64,000 nt of DNA, taken from NCBI RefSeq assembly GCF_024521635.1, contig NW_026250448.1, forward strand, positions 62,001 to 126,000, given 5' to 3'. The stretch comes from Tricharina praecox (Eukaryota). Shown piece by piece: positions 26,127 through 38,166 of this stretch. Under the pieces are notes generated by a model. It ran no database searches and was not told the DNA's origin. It saw only the letters and a program-made list of their open reading frames with translations. Position numbers and translations under genes: made by a program. Position 1 is the first letter of the stretch. Every line of letters begins with the position of its first letter.

Positions 26127-27019
26127 AAATTTTCAGCACCGAATTGAATCAAGACGTCGCTGGAACTAACGGCGAGGGTAGAAGCACGAAGATGAGAGGA
26201 GTCGGCGAGGCCGGGAATAAACCACCGCCGGAGATGGCGGTGAGGGTGTCGGCCTGGGCCAAGGTGGGAAAGACAGAAATATACGCGGACACGGAGAAGG
26301 ATTCGGATTTAGATTTGTGGACGGAGTCTGGAAGAGTACGGACAAATGAAACGTGAAAGTCAAGGACGAAGTGCATCACGTCTATCATTTTTAGGTAAGT
26401 TCCTTAGCTTTCTACTCCTGCGGGACAGTTCTGGACGGAAGGGGAGGCCCACAGCATAACACCTAGGACTGCACGATTTCGGGGTGGACAGTGAACTCTG
26501 GAGAGGAGTGTCGATGGCTATGGTCAAATAGGTAGCCAGCCTCAAAGCTCCTCACATACCGTGCACCAATACTGTAAAAACGTCGTCTGGGACCAGCATA
26601 TGTGCTCCTTAGTTTGCAGAATGCATGGAATATGTGCCATGAGGTACCAATGGGAACTTTGATGCGCTTCACGAACAAATGATACTTCGTGATGGTACTG
26701 ATTCACTGCAGGCCGGAGTGAAACCTGAATCATTTTATCGCCGATGTTATCCATAAGTGTAATCGTTAATGTGCGCGGACGTTGACGTTCGCCTCTTGCA
26801 GATTAGGACGCCAATTGACCGACCGTGTGCTTCTGTATTTAACTGATTAAATGTGCGAGCTAGTGTACCATGCACGATGCACCATGGCCTCACTGCCACT
26901 AGAGTGCAGACTACTTGTATTTTCTTTTTTCTTTCCCCACGCGTTTACTCGAAAGACGGCAACCCTGAGCGCAGAGCAGAGGCGGGGTAGTTACAGCTGC
27001 AAGGTCGTGCGGCTGGTCT

Positions 27020-27030
27020 TACTTAAGTGA
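27020..27030 (+). promoter_or_regulatory. TACTTAAGTGA motif of vWA4
   Basis: 120 bp upstream of ATG 27140. Confidence 0.55.
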
Positions 27031-27139
27031 CCTTCAAGAATTCCGAGTGCTCGAAGATCAAGCGGATCCCTATTTTCCACGAAGGCCTGCTTACCACCTC
27101 GCTCCAAGAAGTTGTCCCTTCCCGCACAGCACCGTCATA

Positions 27140-28466
27140 ATGGCCAACGTCGACGAGAAACCGTTCGCCAAAAAGCTCAAGTCTTTCATAAAGCAGGAAA
27201 AACCAGAGCTGGTCGGCTTCGGGAGTTTGGACGAGAAGATACCCATTGAGTATGCAGACAGAGCTGCCGAAATGGTGGAAAGCCTAGTCGGCATGGGGTG
27301 TCACCGAGAGATAGCGGAACAGTTTGCGGTTTTGGTGCTCTATGACCTGGTGATCCTGCTAGGTGAGGGAAGTCGTCGCCCATCTAGACTTGAATGAACA
27401 GCTAAATCCGTCCCCAAATCAGACGATAGTAGCTCAATGGAATACGAGGAGGATGGCAACAGAATCAAGACGTTATCAAAAATTCTGAGAGCAATCGTTG
27501 ATATCTATGGGCTGGCCCGGGACGAGGGAGTTGTGGCGGTTCGGTTCTTCAACAATTCGAGGCCGGCAAAGAACCTCACGCGAGCAAATGTTGAGACGGT
27601 CATCAAGAATATTGAGTACAACGGCGTCACCATGATCGGTACACAGCTACAGGACAAGATCTTGAAACGATTCGTCCTGAAAAAAAAAGACATGGTCAGG
27701 CCAGTACTGGCTATCATCATAACCGACGGACATGTAGGTTACTACAACAACCGTGGTCTGACCCTGGTTGTGCTGACTACGTTTCCAGATCGAGGGCGAG
27801 AAGGATGGGCTTCTGAAGAAAAACATCAACAATTGCCTTGCCAAATTAGCCCTTGACACCACGAAGACGGTGGACGGTTCGTTCGATGTTCCTCGGTTCG
27901 GTCCTCCTTAATTAGGATTCCGTTTCTGACCCGTTCAGCTGTCGCTTTCATGTTTGCACGAATCGGAAATGATGCAGGCGCCCAGAATCTCCTAGAGGAG
28001 CTAGACGACCACGAGACATTGGGCCGGTGGATAGATTGCCTACCAGGTACTTCGCGATTGCTTTGTTTGCGGACTCTGCTGACTGCTTGATTAAGTGGAT
28101 TATGCCCTAGAGAAGATTGGCAACCTGACAGAGTTCCGCAAATCTGGCGATGGAGGCGAACAAAGCGAGGAAGAAATCAAGAAACTGAAGGAGCGTTGGA
28201 ATGTGGCAGGTGACCTCCTGGCGACCCCCAGTGTCAATGATCTAACGATTCGTGTTAGATCCGAAAGCTTTTGCTTGGAGCTCTATATGCAGACGTATGT
28301 CCTTCTCATGATTCGAAAGTAATCAGTCTGACCGCCACTAGATTGACAAAATGGATCGAAAGAAGGAGGAGGCCAAGGAAGAGGTGGAGCTAAAATTCGA
28401 GCCGAAGACTGTGAGGCCTGAAGACTTTATGGACGCCGAATACGCACTCGTCTACGACCCCGACCC

Positions 28467-28505
<39 letters not shown>

Positions 28506-28524
28506 TCGTCGTCGTCAAGTGTGA
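27140..28524 (+). CDS. vWA-domain protein vWA4, 7 exons, poly-Asp tail
   Basis: Exons 27140-27362, 27423-27733, 27789-27876, 27939-28046, 28096-28205, 28259-28294, 28342-28524. Intron 5 needs a GC donor. (GAC)n at ~28468-28503 encodes poly-D. Confidence 0.83.
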
Positions 28525-29346
28525 AGAAGAACTCAAGGTGTAAATTACTGGGAGCCAAGGAAACAACATCATTGGTGTGGGATCACACGGTGGCCTAGGT
28601 TACTTCGTTATTGATCGCTGTTTGCAGAAATCTGGTTGTCTTGAGTGTTTCCGGTGAGAATTGAAAATTAGACTCTTTTCGATAATTCGAATGTGCTAAA
28701 TGCGCCGTGAGATCCGCTCTTCCAGAAGCCACACCAATACTGGGCACATGGTTGGCGCACCACAGGCCCGCTCCGTAGACCTGGTGTCACCTCCCGCCGG
28801 AGAGGATATCGCTGTGTAGAGTAGATTGTTTCATGTGATCTGGAGGCGCCATCGGGATGCCACGGCACAACTGACAGTGCACATAGCCGTGCAACATCGC
28901 GTGCGGAGGTGCTGTAGGAATCGATAGGGAGGGGAAATCGAGCCGCGTGATGTCAGTATCTCAGACCCATTCCGTTACTCATCACCTGAATAGCAAGGAC
29001 CAACATCGCCAATTGCAGCAGTTCCGACCCCATAGACACAGTCTGCTATCAGCCAGTCGTGGCGATTTATTTTATCGGCGCCCTGGTTACCGACTTGTAC
29101 TGGGGCATTCCTCGGGCCTGTTAGCTGCATCAATCCAGTCATCGACCGTCCGGTATTTTGGCTAGCTTATGATTGACCTGAAGAATGGTGTCAGTGGGGA
29201 AACTCTATTGCGGTCCAAGCGGATCACGAGAAGATCTGGAATGATCTGCAGATGTCATCACGCAGATTTTTGAAAATACACCGAGTCATGTGAATGTACA
29301 CATCACCGTGCTGAGTCTCCGTCCTGCAGCCGCCTAGAATCCCCTT

Positions 29347-29381
29347 CCCCCCCCCCCCCCCCCTCCCCCCCCCCCCCCCCC
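29347..29381. repeat. poly-C tract (C17-T-C17)
   Basis: Direct reading. Confidence 0.95.
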
Positions 29382-30213
29382 ACCCTGGAGCTTTTTAGGC
29401 TGCTGAAACAATATCTACCAATCTCGTGGTGTCCGTCATGGAGTTTACGCGAAACTTGGCGTGAGTTGAGCTGTAAGGCCATGCGCCAATCGTTAAAGTT
29501 GATTGCGATGTTCCACACCACTTCCTACCTGCACTAGTAGTATTAGTAGTACCCAAGCTAGCCGCTGTCGAATGTAAGGACAGGACAGTAAACCATGCAA
29601 CAGTCTGGAAACTTGGAGGCGCTTGATAGTTTTGACGGTGCTGACGTACCTGGCACTATAGCACAGCTCGTATTACGGACGACCGTTGTCGACCATTGAT
29701 ATTGACCGGAGCGTTCGATTTCACGCCGTGCACCGAGCAAAGTTGACGTGTCCTCGTAACTACCGTGTCTGTCTCGAAGCTAATCCACCGAAAGCCGTAG
29801 GAGAAGTGTGGTTCGGCATTTACGCGTGACATAAATCCAACATCCACAACCCTGAAAGTTGCTAAATCTAGGCTTGAATGAGTAGGTTTGAAAAGGGGGG
29901 TTAGAGAGTGCATTCAGTGTCCCGATGTCCGGTGATGCCGTTAGTAGTAGCGGGACACGAATTCTCCACTGTTGTCGGATGTGAAATGACAGAGCCTCTG
30001 TGGACTCCGAGTCTTGAGAGTCTGTTCTCTGAAGTATGAGATTTCATTCTCTGAGGCGTGCGATTTTATTCTCAAACTGTTCGGAAAATGGCAGCAATTG
30101 CAACCACAACCTCATGGAATCGGAAGTGTGGGTAGGGAAGCCCGCAGCTGAGGAAGGTTCTCCTGGAGCTGCATGCTCGGCCTCAACGCAGGTTTGATGG
30201 TAGCAATTTCATC

Positions 30214-30225
30214 TACTTAAGCGGG
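30214..30225 (+). promoter_or_regulatory. TACTTAAGCGGG motif of vWA5-6
   Basis: 100 bp upstream of ATG 30314. Confidence 0.55.
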
Positions 30226-30313
30226 CCCTGTTGCTGGCGGAGGAATCGAAAGACCTCCCAATTATCACTTCGTCGAAGCACATCCCACTTTCCTCAGACG
30301 TCCTTCCACTCCA

Positions 30314-33197
30314 ATGGATAACACCAGAGTTTCTTCCGACAGGGCGCGGTACGTGCCACCGCCGTTGAAAGAATGCCAGCAAATCCTCAAACAGTTCATT
30401 GGGAGCAAGCCGGGCCTACTTAGTTTTTTCCCTGATTTCACGCTCGATGATTATGCGACCAGAGCAGCGGGGATGATCTCGAAGCTTGTCAGCGATGGCT
30501 GTTCTCCAGGGATGGCCGCTCAACTTGCGGTTCTGGTCCTGTACGATCTGGTACTTCTGGTTGGTAAGTTCACTACTACTAGTCGCCACTCGCGGCTCTT
30601 CCTGAAAGACGATCTGACCAGTCCTCCCCCGCCATTCTCTAATCAGACGACAGTAGCTCCATGGTAACCGATGACAGTGGCCAACGGCCAGCGACGTTGT
30701 TCCGGGTGTTGGAGACGGTCGCCAAAATCTATGGGCTAGCGCGAGAGGCGGGAATTGTGTCGATCCGATATCTCAATGGACGGCGGTCGCACTCAAACAT
30801 CACAAGTGACAAGATTGAAACGGTTTGTGACGAGATTAAGTTCAAAGGTCTCACGAAGATTGGTACACAGCTGCAAGAAAAGATCCTAGAGCCATTTGTG
30901 AAGTCCACTATGACCAAGCCTTTACTGGTGATGGTCATAACTGACGGCAATGTAAATCTATTATTTTTCGTTCCGGGTTAAGGCTGTGCTGACTGTATTG
31001 CGAGATTGATGGCGAGAATGAAGGGCTTCTAGAGAAAAATATTGAAAAGTGCTTCTTGGGGTTAGAGCAGGATCTTGAACAGACGACAGATGGTCAGTAC
31101 ATGTACGATGGTCGTGGGAGGAGATGGGGCTGACATGTGATGTCCTTAGCCGTCACATTCATGTTCGCACGAATTGGTGAAGATCAGGGCGCTCAGGACC
31201 TCCTAGATTCACTAGTCAACAGCCCGAATATAGCCAGGTGGATCGAGTGTCTGCCAGGTAGGGGCTGAAAAGAAGTTAGTTCCAATTTTTCTGACTTCTA
31301 GTTGAAGTCACGTATCGCCTGGAACAAATCGGCTATCGTACCCTAACCCAATGGACGGTTGTGCGTGTTCTTTTCTCCACTGAGATCACTGCCATGTTGT
31401 CTAACTGACACTTTGTAAAGCTCAGAAGGTTTCTGCTTAGTGCTTTATATAGAGATCCAGTCACGGTCTTCGATACACCTCCAGTTAAAGTTTTACGGGA
31501 TATCCCCACACCTTCTGCCCCCGTAGTTTCCGATCCAGAATCCGCTCATCCGAGTGCATTGGCAGGAGGTTCGGCCGGATCCATTAACCTGGACGGATTG
31601 GAAAATTCAACCGGATCCGCAGAGTCGAACGCACTCGGAAGAGCGAACACCGAGCCCGGAAGCGCAAACGGACGTCCGGATTCGAATGGATCCGCAATCT
31701 CAACCGGATCCGCAGAGTCGAACGCAGTTGGAAGCGCGAACGCCGAGCCTAGAAGCGCAAACGGACGTCCGGATTCGAATGGATCCGCAGTCTTGAACGG
31801 ATCTGCAGATTCGAAGATACCAGCTAGTTCGAACGGCCAATCGGAGAAACCGTGGACGGTGGTTCGGATGACGGCGGAAAAATGCGCTGTGAAACTCAAA
31901 CTATTCATCCAACGTGAAAAGCCGGGGCTGCTTACATTCTTTCCGGATTACGACGTCAAAAAATATGCCCTAAAAGGTGCGGAGATGGTTGAAGGGCTGG
32001 TCCGCTATGGATGTCCTCGGGAAATGGCGGAACAGTTTGCAGTTTTGGTGCTGTATGATCTTGTGATTTTGCTTGGTACGGTATTCCCTTTAACCGGCTC
32101 TGTCAAGATAGTTTCTAATCAGTGTGGCCATTATCAGACGATAGCAGTTCGATGGGTTCCGGCGCTGATAGAAAGCGGGAGAATATGTTGTTGGAGGTGT
32201 TGATCGCGGTTGCGAGTGTCTATGGGCTTGCCAGGGATCAGGGAATTGTGACCGTTCGGTTCTTCAATGCGCCGCGGGGGCGGAAGGACGTCACTCGTGG
32301 AAAGGTCGAGAAGTTACATGGAAATATTCAGTACAACGGTGTCAGCATGATCGGTACACAGCTGCAGGAGAAGATCCTGACCAAACTCGTCCAAGCGCCG
32401 AAAGCAATAATGGCCAAGCCATTACTGACTATCATCATGACCGACGGCAATGTAGGTTACTACTACTACCCTGGTCTTAACTTCGCTGTGCTGACTAGAT
32501 TTCGAGATCGAGGGTGAGAAGGATGGGCTTCTGAAGAAATATATCAACAACTGCCTTGCCAAATTAGATGCTGACAAAACGAAGACGGTAGACGGTTCGT
32601 TCAATCATTTTCCTTGGTTCGGATTCCGTTTCTGACCTCTTTAGCTGTCGCTTTCATGTTTGCAAGAATCGGAGAGGATCAAGGTGGTAGGAAGCTTATA
32701 GAGGAACTCGACAACGACCAGAAGTTGGGCCCTTGGATCGATTGCTTACCGGGTGTGTCGAAATATTTTCCCCTGTCCAGAGAATCTGCTGACTCTTCAC
32801 CTAAGTGGATTCTAGCCTGGAAGATATTGGTGATCTGAGAGTTTTTGACGGCCTGGAAGAAAACAGTAGCCAGAAAGGTATCGACAGCCAGGAACTTGAG
32901 AAGCGACGCATACGTAGGCTCACGCGTTGGGGAGTAGTAGGTGTCTCCGACTCCTGAAATCAAGTTATCCGAGTCATTCAGTTAACACTTTCCATCAGGT
33001 CCGAAAACTTCTGCTTGGCGCTCTGTATGCGGAAGTAAGTTTTTATACCTCCGTGCAGACTATCAATGCTCATTACCGGTGACTAGATTGACAAGATGGA
33101 CGAAGACGAGGGAGTCAGGGATGAGGACTTTATGAAATTCCAGCCGGAGGTGAAGGACGGCAACGAGTCGGACGGCAACGAGTCGGATGACTATTAA
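30314..33197 (+). CDS. Tandem double-vWA protein (vWA5 + G/S/N/A-rich linker + vWA6), ~12 exons
   Basis: vWA5 exons 30314-30563, 30647-30951, 31005-31092, 31150-31257, ~31302-31360. Exon 31421-32075 (LRRFLLSALYRD...) reads open and in frame into the 31559 ORF. vWA6 exons 32138-32451, 32507-32594, 32645-32752, 32806-32936, 32999-33034, 33087-33197. Confidence 0.8.
31607..31792 (+). repeat. Coding tandem repeat, 93 bp (31 aa) x2
   Basis: STGSAESNALGRANTEPGSANGRPDSNGSAI / STGSAESNAVGSANAEPRSANGRPDSNGSAV; units start at 31607 and 31700. Confidence 0.9.
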
Positions 33198-34121
33198 TAG
33201 ACGGCTTTTAATGGGCTTGGTGGTCCTCTATTGAGTGCGCTTTGCGAGCGGATCGAACGTCAACGTCCGAAGTACATAAGAATGAAATGAATTGGAGGTT
33301 GAGCGGCTTGATCTGCACATTTAGTTGACCTCATCTTCTGCGTCCGATAGTTGTGCAGCTTCTCGAAACGCCATTGACGAGGTCACCGGATATGCGCACA
33401 GTCTGACTCCGATGCGCAACTATATGAACCGGCGACCAGAAATTACGAATGAAAATGTGAGGGGGTTGCGTGCACAGTGCGGAGGTGTACGCCCGCATGG
33501 TGGCACACTGGCCGAGAATATTTTCAGTTTTAATCCGACTAGGTCCATCTGATGCATTCAATTTGTGGGGGTATATATCACTCGTTGTAGGGGAACATTT
33601 CAGTCTTGAATATTCCCAGGTTCGCCGCGTCATAAAATGGCAACAGGCCCGGTTCCGACCCTAGTCTGGACCGTCTCGGTGGGGAAATTAAAGCTACTTC
33701 GGCCTCTTCGCTAACACGGTAGCCAAATAATTGGTGCGGCATGTTAGTACTGAACACTGGTGGACTGTGGACGGCCGCGGCAGCAGTAAGTTTAAAATCC
33801 AGAGGGAATGTAAATACCGCACCCTTTAGCTACTTGTTCTAGGTTCAATGGTTTCAGCTATGAACGATACCTCAAACTGCAGCCTGACGTCGTGAGGTAT
33901 CTGGGCACCTGTCCGTATGAACGTCCGAGCACAGCTACGACTCCTCCGGCAGTGCCGATCTTGGCCCACCCGTGTCCGCCCAATACGCAGTGCCGAAATG
34001 AAACAAAGGCCTCATGCACACCCGTGCACTCATCACTGTGCAGATGGGCCCTTCTCCCACCCGTAAAAAAGGCGGTGGATCATGACCGACCTTTCACGGT
34101 CGAAAGTCCAGACCTACCATT

Positions 34122-34141
34122 GGGGGGGGGGGGGGGGGGGG
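34122..34141. repeat. poly-G tract (G20)
   Basis: Direct reading. Confidence 0.95.
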
Positions 34142-35672
34142 TTATCGCATGCAGCTCATAGCTCAACCTTCGTCGCTGGTACGTGGGCTCCGGGCAGCTG
34201 CGATGTAGCAACTTGCTGATCGCGATCATGAGGTCAGACTTTCTGAGGCGAGTTGCTGCAGCTGGACGCAAGCGTAAGTTAAAGCTGTCATCGCACAGAC
34301 AATGTCAGGATCCCGCAATCGGGACTCTCGCCGTCCCCGCTGCCCCGCACGGTTGACTGCGGCTGAACTACCAGATACGCAATGCCGATATGTGCTAAAT
34401 ATATAACAATTAGAGACGTATAAGACAAAGTCCGTTGCCAATTATCATCTCTCTTCAAAGAGCAATATGTATTAGCAAATAGGACCGAGTATCTGTTCCT
34501 GTAGTGCTAAATACGCGAGACATGGACCGACTCATGATTTATTACTCAATCATCATAGCTTGAGGAACCCCGCGCAAAAGCACAAGGCTATCATGTATGC
34601 ACGTTGATTAGTTCTTACCGGACAACCAGACGGAGTGCATGGACAATCCCTCTCCTGCGTTAGTTATCCGGTGCGAAACCCGTAGTCACGCGGTAACAGT
34701 CGTCAAGGGTTTGTGGTTCTTGGCGGCGGCTCAACAGCTGTGGCGCGGTCTCTTCGCCACAACACTAACGATCCTACTACAGATGTCTTTCGTGTCCGGA
34801 GCATTCGTCTAGCGTAGATTGATACGTATAGATCTTGAAGTCCTTGTGCACGCATCGTTTGTATGTCTCCCATAGGCTAATGATATGACGTGGACACGGA
34901 TGGCACTTGATACAGCTCTCGTGCAGGTGAATCTGGAGTTCAGGAGTAACAATCAGAAGCAGGCATGGCTCTGACAGAACCTAGGACAGCCTTGACAGAA
35001 CTCGCTCCCATCCATATATTTGAAGTTTACTCCCTCCCGCCCCCGTGGATTGCGTAAAGGCTTAGTTTTAGACGGACAACATCGGGAAGTACTCTACACT
35101 CCCGTGCCGACACCAATAAGGGAGTCGGGAGGATCTTGATTAGTAGGAGCACAAGCTGCAAATCTGGGACGTAATATCGCCTCATACTCTAAATAAGTCA
35201 TACAGGATATGCCCCGCAAAAACGCAATGCCTACAGCTGTTCCGGCACCACGAGCACAAAAGTATAGCTATAAGGGATGCTTAACACCGTATAATAGGTT
35301 GCGGTATAGCCCATGCCAATGCGTTCAACTCGCCGCTCCGGTTCCCGGTAACTGCAGAGCTGTCGGTCTCACGTGACTGAGCGAGCATTGACGTTTCAGA
35401 TTTCATTCGATTGAGTCCTTACGGACAATGATTCCATATTCACCTGGCTAGAACTTCATACCGTCATCGGATATGCGAATGGAGGATCATGCGTGATGCC
35501 GGTGAGGCTCACTTGCAGAGTAGTCTAAAGTTTTCTTTTTTTCCCCACTCTTTTGCTTAGAGGAACTGCAGCATGGACTCCGGCGTTACGGTAAATGTGG
35601 GGTACGGTTGGTGGGTATCAAACTCGCTCGCTCATACATCTTGTGTACAGGTCTAATGTAGGCGATTCTACC

Positions 35673-35684
35673 TACTTAAGTGGG
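35673..35684 (+). promoter_or_regulatory. TACTTAAGTGGG motif of vWA7
   Basis: 108 bp upstream of ATG 35781. Confidence 0.6.
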
Positions 35685-35780
35685 TCTGGAGACATGTCGC
35701 CGTCGAAATGATCAAGGAACTCACATCCATCACCTACGGGCCGAGTCGGATCCAACATCCTCACGAGATAGCTCATCACA

Positions 35781-38166
35781 ATGTCGGACGACGGAGGTAA
35801 CTATGATAGGGGATACTCGCGAAATTCATCCACACCTTCGGTACAAGCGTGGGAACCAGCAAACATGTCGGCGCATTCCATGGATTTACAACAGAAGGAG
35901 CAGGAATACATGACGACACATGGCACGGGGTTGCCAACGTCGCCCACGCCTTCACATCGCTGGGAGCCCGAGTTCATGATGGCGCAGAAAATGCGTGTAC
36001 AACAGCTGGAGACACAATACTTCCCGACGCAAACCACGCAGTTTCAACAGTCGGAGATAGTTTACGGGTCGGCGCAGGCCCAGCCGTTCCAACGGCCAGA
36101 GCAGCAACACAATCCGTTACAATCCCCGCGGTTAGCACAATCAGAGCAGTCATACGTATCTATGCTAGCCCGGCAGCCACAGCAGTTGGAGCAACCATAT
36201 GGTCGGACGCAATCACCACGGTCGCAAAATTTAGAATACCCTGACATACCGACCCAGTCCCCACGGTCATCGCAGTCGGAGCAGTCCAACGTACCGATGC
36301 CGTCCCGACTGCCACAGCAGTTGGAGCAGCGATTCGTTCGGACGCAATCCATATCGTCACAACAGTCGGATCAGCCTCACCCACCGATGCTGTCCCGACC
36401 ACCACAACAGTTGGAGCAGCGATTCGGTCGGACGCAATCCATATCGTCACAACGGTCGGATCAGTCTAACCCACCGATACTTCCCCGGCCGCCAAAGCAG
36501 TTAGAGCAGTCAACCAGTGGAATGCAATCCCCGCCATTAGAACAGTTGGATCCGCCAGTCGCACCGGTGCGGTCTCTGAAGCCACAGCAGTTGAAACAGC
36601 CATTCGTGCGGACGCAATCGCCAACGGCGTTACAACTTTCGGAGCAGCCGGACATATCGAAGCAGTTCCCGCAGTCACAGCTGTTGGCGCAGCCATACAT
36701 GCCGATGCAGTCACCGGGGTCAGACCAGTTGGAGAATATCGAATTGCGGACGCCGGCTCCACGGGCGGTACAACAGTCGGAGGAGCCAGCGTTGCGGACG
36801 CCGCTCCCGCTGCCACAACAGACGGAGCTGCCAGATTCGCCGGCGGAGTCTCGACGGCTACAACCATCGGAGCCGAAACCAACGACGCTGTCACAACAAC
36901 CAGAGATGCAGTGCGACGACACGAAGCACACACGAGAATCGGAACATATGCTGGTGCAGTTCCGACCGTTAACGCAGATCGAAATCTGCGAAGAAACCTT
37001 CTCGAATTTCGTCGACACGAAGCCCGGGCTGCGAAGATTTTTTCCGGATTACGATTTCGGCGAGTACGCGGCCAAAGGAGCAGATATGGTCGTGAAGTTG
37101 CGCAAGAAGGGCTGTCCACCGGAAACGGCGCAGGAGCTTGCGGTTCTGGTTTTGTACGACTTGGTTATTCTGCTTGGTGAGTGATGTCGCGGCGATCCTT
37201 CGTGCAGCATAGTCTAACCGAGGGTCCGGAATTAGACGATAGTCACTCGATGGTCACCGAAGCTGGTGGCACACGGATAGCGACATTGTTCAAAGTACTG
37301 AAAGCGGTCGTGGAAGTCTACCAGCTGGCCCGAGATGGGGGAGTTGTATCCGTCCGGTATCTCAACGGTCGGCAGGGGCACAAAGACATCACTAAAAATA
37401 AGATGGAGGTGGTACATGCCACCATTCGGTATACTGGTATCACCATGCTCGGCACACAGTTGCGGAAAAAGATCTTGAAACCGTTTGTCGAGCAGAAACA
37501 GATGCGGAAACCTTTACTATCTCTAATATTAACTGACGGCAATGTACGCTTTCCCTACTACCATCCTCCGAGATATGCTAACCATTTCAAGATCGAGGGT
37601 GAAAGGAAGGGACTTCTGGAGAAGAATATCTACAATTGCCTGGCTAGGCTGCAAAAGGATGCAGAAAAGACAGAGGACGGTTAGTACGAGGAACCCAACA
37701 TTCGAGCTTCACTTCTGACTTTTAAAGCGGTGGCTTTCATGTTCGCGAGGATCGGAGAAGATCCCGAAGGCAAGGAGCTCCTGGAGGAGCTGGATGACCA
37801 TCCAATAATGGGCAGCTGGATTGACTGTCTGCCTGGTGCGTTGTGATGAATTATCTTACACAAACGTAGCTAACGGGAGATGCAGTGGATCGAAATCTTG
37901 ACGATTTTAGCCATGGTGCTCCGTCGTATTGGTTGATGGTAAAATTTCACCCACCTCCGAAGTCGTCATGGGGCCTAGCTAAAATTTGCCATCAGATCAG
38001 AAAGCTTTTGTTAGGCGCTCTCGATGATGAAGTAAGTGTCGATAATATTCCTAAACACGGCAGATCGTTTACTAACTGTGACTGTTACTAGATCAATGGG
38101 CTGGAGGAAAGCGACTTCGACGACGACATCCCGTTGGTATTCAAGCCGCGTTGCCCGGTACGTTAG
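35781..38166 (+). CDS. vWA-domain protein vWA7 with a ~390-aa Q/P/S-rich repetitive N-terminus, 7 exons
   Basis: Exons 35781-37176, 37236-37543, 37592-37679, 37728-37835, 37886-37938, 37996-38031, 38092-38166. DDSHSM..GITMLGT..LTDG. Confidence 0.87.
36010..36900 (+). repeat. Degenerate coding tandem repeat, 45 bp (15 aa), with a 90-bp higher-order unit
   Basis: PMPSRLPQQLEQRFV/RTQSISSQQSDQPHP/PMLSRPPQQLEQRFG/RTQSISSQRSDQSNP and neighbouring units. Confidence 0.85.
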
